A stretch of 33,557 nucleotides of DNA from the sequence record SRR31156797_6247. One strand, given 5' to 3'. The notes beneath the pieces are model-generated. The model made no database searches. It was not told the origin of the DNA and saw only the letters and a list, made by a program, of their open reading frames with translations. The stretch's first letter is position 1; every line of letters starts with the position of its first letter. Shown piece after piece: positions 1-7,506 of the stretch. Made by a program: the position numbers and the translations under genes.

Positions 1-396
1 TTTACCACAAATGGTTAAACCACCCCAATCACCAGCATTACCACTAGCCGAAGACATTACTACAGGATTATTTTCTGTACCTTGGATATCTATTTGTCCA
101 CCCATTAATACAGCAATGTAAACACCTGTTCCACCATTATCAGCAACAATTTCAGTTCCTGCTGGAATTGTTAGCTTTAGTCCATCAGGAACAATAAAAG
201 AACTCGATAGATTGTATTGAACTGAAGCTTTAAGTGTATAATTCTCAGTTAATGTTCCATTCATCTCACCACCTTCAAGTAATTGAATTACGCCTTCAAC
301 AGGTGTTGGCGTTGGATCATCATCATCTGAACAACTTGAGAAAATTGGCATTGCCAAGATTGCAAGCCCTAAGATTTTAATCGTTAATTTTTTCAT
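1..396 (-). CDS. Surface-exposed lipoprotein, partner of the upstream TonB-dependent receptor (3' end truncated by window edge)
   Basis: Not in the ORF track. Hand translation from ATG at 396 gives MKKLTIKILGLAILAMPIFSS-C-SDDDDPTPTP...GDWGGLTICGK, open to position 1. It has a lipobox FSSC followed by an acidic SDDDD export-signal-like motif and starts 40 bp after the TBDT stop on the same strand. Confidence 0.88.
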   Translation of the reverse strand, partial: MKKLTIKILGLAILAMPIFSSCSDDDDPTPTPVEGVIQLLEGGEMNGTLTENYTLKASVQYNLSSSFIVPDGLKLTIPAGTEIVADNGGTGVYIAVLMGGQIDIQGTENNPVVMSSASGNAGDWGGLTICGK

Positions 397-436
397 TTCA
401 ATTTCAATTTTGGAATATAAAAAGTTATTTAGTGTA

Positions 437-3181
437 CTAGTTCAAATTGATTTTAAGTCCTAAACTTAAGTTCATTCCTTTTTTATAAGATTTTACAATT
501 TCGTTTGTTGCTTCACCAGAACTTGCTTGAATTTTTTGTGTTTGTTCAATTTTAGTATTCAACAAATTCTTTCCTGAAAATTTTATGGAGAATCGATTGG
601 ATAATTTTTTACTTAGTGTTAGGTCAAGAGTCACAAATCCTTTTTCAATAATTTCATTATTGAAGAAGGTATCACTGTAGGTTTTATCTTCAGGTGCGCC
701 AAGAGCAAATATTTTATCAGAAGAATAATTTCCTGTAAGTGTTGCGGAAAATTCTTTCTCTTTATTGGTAGTATAGTTTAAGGATCCATTGAAAATAAAA
801 TCTGATGCTCCTTGTAGGTCGGTTTCTGTTTTTTTATTGTATTGGAATTCTTCTAACAGATCTTGCTTAAACCACATTTTGGTAGCATTTAAAACCACAC
901 TCAATTCAGGCTTTTCGCTATTTTCTGGTTTAATAAGTGAAAATCTTGTTTCCAGCTCAAAGCCATAAACATTAGCTTTATCCCCTGTATTTTGGTAAAT
1001 AAAATTACCTGAGGAGCCTCTTGATAAAGCCAAATTTATAGGATCGTTAATCATTTTATAGAAAGCCGATACAGAGAACAATTGTTTTGCACTTGGAAAC
1101 ATTTCCCATTTTACATCTACATTGTAGTTTTCTGAATTTTTCAACAAAGGATTACCCTTGATTACACGACCTGTTGGAGTTACATATTCGAACGGAGCCA
1201 GCTCCTTGAACTCAGGTAGAGTTATTGTTTTGCTAGCAGCCAAACGTAAAGAGCTCTTATCAGTTAACTGATATTTTAAATTGATTGCTGGAAGAACATT
1301 ATTATAAGTTTTACTGTTACTACCTACTCTTCCAACATAGTTTGCCACATCCCAACTCACATCTAACTCGTCCATTTCGTAACGAACACCAATATTTCCT
1401 GAGAATTTATTCAGTTGAAATCCTGTGTTGATATATCCAGCATAAACATCTAATGTTGCATTGTAAGTATCAGGCAGTCTTTCTCTCAGAATCAAATTAT
1501 TGTTACTGTATAGAGTTTGATTTAAAAGAGCTTCATCTAAATTATCAATAGAAGAAACTTGAACTCCCTTTGCTCTAACGCCAATAAACAATGAACTAAA
1601 ATCTCTTTCTTTCATTCTAAAATCACCACCAAAGTTGAATTTCAATTTTTTATCATCCTGATCGATAAGTTTAAATTCATCTTTGATGTATCCATTTATT
1701 TCTGAATCTTCGATATTTTGGTTGGTTTTTCTCTGCTGGAAATCACCTACGTGAGCAAATTGTACTGTATTTTCGTCAAGAATATTTACCTCGTTACGAA
1801 TACGGTTTGGTTCTTCCGATTTTACCTTATTGTAACCCACTGCCCAATCCAGTTTGTTTTTCTCACCAATCTTATGAGTACCTAACAATTGGCTTATAAA
1901 TAATGTGGTTTCTTTTAAGTTTTGGTCTCTCACAAACGCTCCATCTTCTTGTGGATCCTGATCGAATACATAACCTTCACCATTTCTACCTTGCTCATAC
2001 AGTTCATCCGATGTTTTGTGAACCCACACAGTATTCATATTTATACTATGATTGGGATTAAGATCGTAGGTAAGGTTTACTAATCCAGTGGTATTAATCT
2101 TGGTTTTGAAAGTTTCAGCATCAGTGAAAGATTCATCTAATACGTTTGAACGATATTTCTTAAAAATACCATTAGAATATTCTGATTCACTTTCATGAGA
2201 GAAGGTGGCGAATACCGATAAATCTTTTTCGAATACTTTAAATTTCTTACCTGCTAATAATGAGAAATCATAGCCAATAGGAAATTCTCTGCTGTCGGTA
2301 TTCCAGCTTTGATTGGTAATATTATTAACAGTGCTGTTGGATTGATCGTGAAAACCTAAAGTTAAATCCTGGTGGTTTTGTGTAGTTTTAAAATTGTCGA
2401 AAACTCCACTCTTTAAAACATTGCTATTAATTTTAGAAGTAACACCTATCGAAATCTTTTCACTAAATGTTTTCGATACGATATCGATATTACCGGAAGT
2501 TTGATCGGCATAATTGTCTACTGAATAAGTTTTGTTGATGCTAACATTTTTAATAAGATCTGTCGAGAACATTTTTAAATCGATGTTCTTTTTGTCCACA
2601 TCATCCGAAGGAATAGGTAATCCGTTCATCGTAGTTGAAAGATATCTGTCTCCCAACCCTCGAACATATACATCACCAGAACCTTCATTTTTTGTAACAC
2701 CTGATATTTTCGAAGCAGCTGTAGCCGCATCAGAAACTCCCTGGCTTACCAACTCTTGCGCTCCAATTGACTGTTTTATTCCAACAGATTTCTTTTGATC
2801 TATTAATAGAACAACTTCCGACTCCCTGTTTGCTTTCGCAACAACCTTCACATCTGCCAAGGCTACTGTTGATTCTCCCATAACAAAGTCAACAGAAATG
2901 AAATTTCCCTCGCTTATAGTAATGTTTTCTTTGCTGGAAGTTTCATATGAAATAAATGAACATTTTACAATCACGGTGCCAGCTGGCACATTAAGAATAG
3001 TATAATTACCATCAAAATCGGTAACGGTTCCATTGGTAGTTCCGTCAATATAAACAGAAGCTCCGATTAATGCTTCTCCGGTTTTTCCATCTTTTACATT
3101 TCCCGAAATGCTTCCACTTTGCGCATACAAACCGATTGAGAAAAGAGTTAGTAATAAAACTAATAAAACTTGTTTCGTCAT
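437..3181 (-). CDS. TonB-dependent receptor with N-terminal CarboxypepD_reg-like extension
   Basis: 914 aa. Signal peptide, NTE (TGEALIGASV...TDFDGNY), plug motif VYVRGLGDRYLSTTMNG, beta-barrel features (GNPLLK, YGFELE, DLTLSKKL) and a C-terminal amphipathic strand. Confidence 0.95.
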   Translation of the reverse strand: MTKQVLLVLLLTLFSIGLYAQSGSISGNVKDGKTGEALIGASVYIDGTTNGTVTDFDGNYTILNVPAGTVIVKCSFISYETSSKENITISEGNFISVDFVMGESTVALADVKVVAKANRESEVVLLIDQKKSVGIKQSIGAQELVSQGVSDAATAASKISGVTKNEGSGDVYVRGLGDRYLSTTMNGLPIPSDDVDKKNIDLKMFSTDLIKNVSINKTYSVDNYADQTSGNIDIVSKTFSEKISIGVTSKINSNVLKSGVFDNFKTTQNHQDLTLGFHDQSNSTVNNITNQSWNTDSREFPIGYDFSLLAGKKFKVFEKDLSVFATFSHESESEYSNGIFKKYRSNVLDESFTDAETFKTKINTTGLVNLTYDLNPNHSINMNTVWVHKTSDELYEQGRNGEGYVFDQDPQEDGAFVRDQNLKETTLFISQLLGTHKIGEKNKLDWAVGYNKVKSEEPNRIRNEVNILDENTVQFAHVGDFQQRKTNQNIEDSEINGYIKDEFKLIDQDDKKLKFNFGGDFRMKERDFSSLFIGVRAKGVQVSSIDNLDEALLNQTLYSNNNLILRERLPDTYNATLDVYAGYINTGFQLNKFSGNIGVRYEMDELDVSWDVANYVGRVGSNSKTYNNVLPAINLKYQLTDKSSLRLAASKTITLPEFKELAPFEYVTPTGRVIKGNPLLKNSENYNVDVKWEMFPSAKQLFSVSAFYKMINDPINLALSRGSSGNFIYQNTGDKANVYGFELETRFSLIKPENSEKPELSVVLNATKMWFKQDLLEEFQYNKKTETDLQGASDFIFNGSLNYTTNKEKEFSATLTGNYSSDKIFALGAPEDKTYSDTFFNNEIIEKGFVTLDLTLSKKLSNRFSIKFSGKNLLNTKIEQTQKIQASSGEATNEIVKSYKKGMNLSLGLKINLN

Positions 3182-3268
3182 TTTTTAAATAATAAGTCAA
3201 TACGATATTTACTTTCGAATCACGTTGCGATTTTAGGAATGTTATATGAGTTGAATGATAATTGAGCT

Positions 3269-3461
3269 TTAACAAAAAATTACCAAAATTGGAAAATCTG
3301 TTAAGAGGAAGTTAAGTGGCAAGCTTAGTGTTAAACGAAGATGAAAAAACAGTTAAAACTCTTTCGAAGCATGACTATAAAAAGGATTGAAAGATCTATT
3401 TTAATTGATGTTTGGAATGTGAATTTCATTTAAATGACAAAAGGATTACAAAAAAATTACA
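3269..3461. promoter_or_regulatory. Clusters of 11-bp-period Pho-box-like direct repeats in the TBDT/phoR divergent region
   Basis: TTAAC 3269 and TTACC 3280 (+). GTTAAG at 3300 and 3311, i.e. CTTAAC twice on -. TTTCA 3424, TGACA 3435, TTACA 3446 and TTACA 3457 (+). Spacing within each cluster is exactly 11 bp. Confidence 0.6.
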
Positions 3462-3595
3462 AGCTGCGAAATCCATATTTTTTTAAATTTAAAATGGAGT
3501 TTTTTGAAGAAATATTGCCTTGGAATTCGGCATTATTTATTTCAATTTCGTTTGGTGAAAATTGTACAGTTAGCTTTCAAAAATATTTCTTAAAT

Positions 3596-3694
3596 GTTAA
3601 GAAAATATTAAGATTCAATGGCTTGAATTACAATAAGATTAACGAAAAGTTAACTTCTATTTCAGAAATTATCCTACTTTTATTTAAATATTTG
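3596..3694 (+). promoter_or_regulatory. Putative PhoB-autoregulated promoter of phoRB
   Basis: TTAAG at 3597/3608 and TTAAC at 3639/3650 (11-bp spacing), then AATATTTG at 3687, one mismatch to TAnnTTTG. The TTAAC boxes lie 48 and 37 nt upstream of that element, the same geometry as at 25930-25996. Confidence 0.55.
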
Positions 3695-3782
3695 CTGCAC
3701 AGAAAAAGATTGTAAAAATCATTGTTTTCTATCGTTTTAAGCAGATACGATTTCTACATTTTGAATAAGTATTAAAACAAAT

Positions 3783-4820
3783 ATGAAATTAATATCATCA
3801 ACAAAAGTGAGTTTGTTCACCAGTTTGGCAGTAGTTGGAATGGTTCTACTGGCTTTTTTACTCGATCTGTTCTTCGAAAATAATTATTGGTATATAATAT
3901 TATATGCTGCTTTTTTAGGATGGGGAACATATGCAATTAGCAAGTATCTGTTAAACCGATTTTTGTATTCTAAGGTTCGAATGCTTTATAAAACAATTCA
4001 CGATACCCAGCTTATTGATCAGGAACTGGGAGAAAGAGTTAAAACGGATGATATTTTAGCCGAAGCAGAAAAAGAAGTTCAGGAGTGGAGCGAGAAAAGA
4101 GGTTCGCTGGTTGCACAATTAAAAAAGCAGGAAAAATATAGAAAGGAATTTATTGGAAATGTATCTCATGAATTAAAAACTCCTATTTTTAATATACAAG
4201 GTTATATTTTAACTCTTCTCGATGGTGGATTAGAAGACGAATCGATAAACAGAAGTTATCTGGAAAGAACCGAGAAAAGTATCAATAGAATGATTACAAT
4301 AGTTAAAGATTTGGAAGTGATTTCGAAGCTTGAGTCGGGTGAATTGAAATTGATATACGAGAGATTTAATATTATTGATTTAATTAATGAAGTGATTGAA
4401 ATGCAGGAAATGCGAGCTAAGAAAAATCGTGTTAAACTGATATTTAATCCGGGAGCTTCGGTTCCTAAATTTGTGTATGCCGATAAAAAGGAAATTTTTC
4501 AGGTACTCAATAACTTAATTGTGAATTCGATTAAGTATGGTAAAGAAAATGGAACCACTACTATAGAAGTGATGAGCATGGACAATAAGGCTCTTGTTGA
4601 GATTAGAGATAATGGTATAGGTATAGAAACTGATAATTTACCTCGTATTTTTGAAAGATTCTTTAGAGTTGATAAAAGCAGATCCAGAAATATGGGAGGA
4701 TCGGGATTAGGTTTGGCAATTGTAAAACACATTATTGATGCTCACAATCAAAGCATAAATGTAAGTAGCACATACGGTGAAGGTACTAGTTTTACTTTCG
4801 CTCTCGATAAATCAAAATAA
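3783..4820 (+). CDS. phoR: PhoR-like sensor histidine kinase
   Basis: Two N-terminal TM helices, H-box FIGNVSHELKTP, N box NLIVNSIKY, G boxes DNGIGI and GGSGLGLAIVKH, and FERFFRVDKSRSR typical of the PhoR family. Confidence 0.85.
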   Translation: MKLISSTKVSLFTSLAVVGMVLLAFLLDLFFENNYWYIILYAAFLGWGTYAISKYLLNRFLYSKVRMLYKTIHDTQLIDQELGERVKTDDILAEAEKEVQEWSEKRGSLVAQLKKQEKYRKEFIGNVSHELKTPIFNIQGYILTLLDGGLEDESINRSYLERTEKSINRMITIVKDLEVISKLESGELKLIYERFNIIDLINEVIEMQEMRAKKNRVKLIFNPGASVPKFVYADKKEIFQVLNNLIVNSIKYGKENGTTTIEVMSMDNKALVEIRDNGIGIETDNLPRIFERFFRVDKSRSRNMGGSGLGLAIVKHIIDAHNQSINVSSTYGEGTSFTFALDKSK

Positions 4821-4845
4821 TAAGAAACTAAACAACCAAAGTCGA

Positions 4846-5550
4846 ATGGAAAATAGCAATTACAAAATTTTATTGGTAGACGATGAAGCTGATATTCTGG
4901 AATTTTTAAGTTACAATCTTAAGAAAGAGGGATTTCAGGTTTCAACAGCAGCTGATGGAAGAGAAGCGATTGAAAAAGCTAAAAAATTTCACCCCCATTT
5001 GATCATTTTAGATGTAATGATGCCTGAAATGGATGGTATTGAAACTTGTGAAAAGATTAGATCCTTACCTGAATTTTCAGATGTACTAATTTCATTTTTA
5101 ACAGCTCGCGGAGAAGATTATTCACAAATTGCAGGATTTGAAGCTGGAGCAGACGACTATATCAATAAGCCTATAAAGCCAAAAGTTTTTATCAGCCGTG
5201 TTAAGGCTTTATTAAAGCGCGCCGGTCGTATTTCAGGTGATAATTCAAGTGTATCTAATGGTTTAATTACCATAGGAAACATATCTATTGATAGAGAAAG
5301 ATATTTGATCATACAAAATGGAAAAGAATTTTCCTTGCCAAGGAAGGAATTTGAATTGTTGATTCTTCTTGTATCTCGTCCACAGAAAGTTTTTACTCGC
5401 GATGAAATATATGCAGCCATTTGGGGAGAAAAGATTATTGTAGGAGATAGAACTATTGATGTTCACATTCGAAAATTAAGAGAGAAAATAGGCGATAAAT
5501 TTATCCAAACTGTTAAAGGTGTTGGTTATAAATTTATTGATGCCGAGTAA
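4846..5550 (+). CDS. phoB: PhoB/PhoP-like OmpR-family response regulator
   Basis: Receiver domain ILLVDDE...LDVMMP...TA...KP and winged helix RTIDVHIRKLREK...TVKGVGY. Start reassigned to ATG 4846 (MENSNYK) because the track's 4777 start overlaps phoR. Confidence 0.85.
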   Translation: MENSNYKILLVDDEADILEFLSYNLKKEGFQVSTAADGREAIEKAKKFHPHLIILDVMMPEMDGIETCEKIRSLPEFSDVLISFLTARGEDYSQIAGFEAGADDYINKPIKPKVFISRVKALLKRAGRISGDNSSVSNGLITIGNISIDRERYLIIQNGKEFSLPRKEFELLILLVSRPQKVFTRDEIYAAIWGEKIIVGDRTIDVHIRKLREKIGDKFIQTVKGVGYKFIDAE

Positions 5551-5555
5551 ATTTT

Positions 5556-6236
5556 TTAAGCATAAGCTAATGTTGCAATGCTAACTTTGGCATTATCAGC
5601 TTGCAAAATTGCCTGGGCACATGCTTCTAAAGTTGATCCTGTAGTTACAACATCATCAACCAGGAGAATGTGCTTGTTGGCAAATTGATTAATATCCTTT
5701 AATCTGAAAATATTATCTACATTTTGCCAACGTTCCAATTTGTTCTTTTTCGTTTGAGATTGAGTATGAACAGAACGATATAAATTAGCAGTATCCACAT
5801 GAGTTTTTATACTTATTCCAATCCCATTTGCAACAACTTCAGCTTGGTTAAACCCCCTGGTTTTTTGTTTTTTTGGGTGCAATGGAACAGGAACAATTAA
5901 ATCAATATCTTTAAAATAATCCGATTTTTTCAGTTGTAATCCCAGGTGCTTGCCCAATTCAATGCCAATGCTTTGTTGGTTGTGATATTTTAACTTGTGA
6001 ATCAGTTTTTGAAATTTACTCCCTTTAGCAAAGGTAAAATATGATGCTGCATATTCTATTTTTACTCTTCCCCAAAAAAGAATAGAAACTGGGTTATTCT
6101 TTTCCAAATGAAAATTGGTGGTAGGTAAATCATATAAACATTTGGTACAAATTGAAATTTCATTTTTGAACAAGTAATTGCCACATGCCTGACATAAATT
6201 GGGATAAAATAGATTGACAAAATCATTCCACCACAT
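5556..6236 (-). CDS. comF: ComF family protein (zinc finger + PRTase domain)
   Basis: CQAC...CTKC zinc ribbon, VPVPLH...RGFNQ and PRPP-binding ILLVDDVVTTGSTL. Likely start at ATG 6236 (MWWNDF); 6260 is an alternative. Confidence 0.9.
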   Translation of the reverse strand: MWWNDFVNLFYPNLCQACGNYLFKNEISICTKCLYDLPTTNFHLEKNNPVSILFWGRVKIEYAASYFTFAKGSKFQKLIHKLKYHNQQSIGIELGKHLGLQLKKSDYFKDIDLIVPVPLHPKKQKTRGFNQAEVVANGIGISIKTHVDTANLYRSVHTQSQTKKNKLERWQNVDNIFRLKDINQFANKHILLVDDVVTTGSTLEACAQAILQADNAKVSIATLAYA

Positions 6237-6261
6237 TGCGCTTGTTCTTGAAATATTCATC

Positions 6262-6361
6262 TTACCAGTTTTGTAATATTATCTACATAAAAAGTTAACT
6301 GACACTTAAGGTTTTGATAAGCGTTCCCTAATCTGTATCAAATTAAACAGTCTTACTTTTG
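6262..6361 (+). promoter_or_regulatory. Array of 11-bp-period Pho-box-like units plus Bacteroidota -7 element
   Basis: TTACC 6262, GTAAT 6273, TACAT 6284 (weak), TTAAC 6295, TTAAG 6306, ATAAG 6317, CTAAT 6328, then TACTTTTG at 6354-6361. Confidence 0.6.
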
Positions 6362-6495
6362 TTATGTACTCAAGAGGAAAAAGAACCTCTTAGTAAGAGA
6401 GAATTAATTGTTGATATCTAATTTAATAAAATAACGATTGGATGTCAAACTAAATCAGTTAGATAAAGAATACTAAAACCGAAAATTTTAAGACA

Positions 6496-6867
6496 ATGAA
6501 AAAGTTTGTTTTTCTTTTTATCGCACTACTAGCAATTGGCTTTGAAAGCCAGGCAATAAAAGTAGTTACGCCCGAGGGCGACAGAGAATTGGCGGCGGCA
6601 GAAGCTGCAGCAATTGAAACAACAAGCCTTACTGGTGTTGTTTTGGATACAGAAACAGGTGAAGCTTTAGCTGGTGTTGCCATTCGTTTCGAAGGATCTG
6701 AGGAAACTGTTTATACAGATTTTGATGGAAATTTCAAGATTGCTAATGTAATTCCTGGTAATTACAATGTAATGTCGAGCTATATTTCTTATACCGACAA
6801 TAAATTGAAGAATGTAAATGTAAGCGGAGTGAATAATGTTATCCGTTTGGTACTTAAAAAAGACTAA
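6496..6867 (+). CDS. Secreted stand-alone CarboxypepD_reg-like (TBDT N-terminal-extension-like) domain protein
   Basis: Signal peptide ending in SQA, then a single domain LTGVVLDTETGEALAGV...TDFDGNF...SYISY. No plug or barrel. Confidence 0.85.
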   Translation: MKKFVFLFIALLAIGFESQAIKVVTPEGDRELAAAEAAAIETTSLTGVVLDTETGEALAGVAIRFEGSEETVYTDFDGNFKIANVIPGNYNVMSSYISYTDNKLKNVNVSGVNNVIRLVLKKD

Positions 6868-6877
6868 TTAAGAGTAA

Positions 6878-7345
6878 ATGATTAATAATTTTAAAGTCGT
6901 AGTTAGTCTAATACTGTGCCTTGTAGCAGGTCATTCGTTCTCGCAATCAATTGAGGAAATTGAAGGATTATATTACAATACATCTGGTGATTTATATACC
7001 GGTACATACACCGAGTTCTATGAGAGTGGTGCTAAAAGGATTGAAATGAATTTGGAAGAGGGAAAGCGCAATGGTAAGATTACCCTCTTTTTTGAGGATG
7101 AACAGACTCAGGAAATTCGATCTTATGTATCTGGTTTAATGGATGGAACATGGATTACATGGAATGATAAATCGATTAAAATTGCCGAAGCAAATTACAA
7201 ACGGAATAAGAAGCATGGTAAATGGTACATTTGGGATGACAAGGGCGTAATGCGCTATGAAATGGAATACAGGGAAGGTAAAAAAGTCGGAACCTGGTTC
7301 ATTTGGGATGCCAATGGTAATTTGGTAAAAGAACGAAAGTTTTAG
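6878..7345 (+). CDS. Secreted MORN-variant repeat protein (YwqK-like fold)
   Basis: Signal peptide followed by about five ~24-aa repeats (e.g. GKRNGKITLFFED, GLMDGTWITWND, KKHGKWYIWDDKG, GKKVGTWFIWDANG). Starts 10 bp after the previous gene. Confidence 0.85.
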   Translation: MINNFKVVVSLILCLVAGHSFSQSIEEIEGLYYNTSGDLYTGTYTEFYESGAKRIEMNLEEGKRNGKITLFFEDEQTQEIRSYVSGLMDGTWITWNDKSIKIAEANYKRNKKHGKWYIWDDKGVMRYEMEYREGKKVGTWFIWDANGNLVKERKF

Positions 7346-7368
7346 TAAATTCAGATAATAAAAGTTGT

Positions 7369-7403
7369 AAAAAGTCGCTTAATTAAGTTTAAGCGGCTTT
7401 TTT
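7369..7403 (+). terminator. Intrinsic terminator
   Basis: AAAAAGTCGCTTAA-loop-TTAAGCGGCTTTTTT hairpin with a T run after the MORN gene. Confidence 0.85.
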
Positions 7404-7506
7404 ATTTTAGTATTCGCAATGATAATGCATGATAGCCGTTATTTCTTAATAAATTTGTATTAGAATCGTTATTATTGCAAAATCAAATTTTATTATCGCT
7501 CAATCG

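Noticed and set aside
3434-3715. 93-aa ORF in the TBDT/phoR intergenic region
   Set aside because: F/K/I/N-rich composition typical of translated AT-rich non-coding DNA, and it overlies the repeat arrays and candidate promoter.
4777-4845. N-terminal extension of the response regulator, and similar extensions at 17443, 22195 and 30653
   Set aside because: These overlap the upstream gene or promoter elements; downstream ATGs match the family N-termini.
6496-6867. Pseudogene fragment of a SusC-like receptor
   Set aside because: No plug or barrel remnant follows; an intact unrelated ORF starts 10 bp later.
6496-7345. Toxin-antitoxin or polymorphic toxin pair (YwqK-like annotation)
   Set aside because: No toxin domain is adjacent, both proteins have signal peptides, and the first is a CarboxypepD_reg-like domain.
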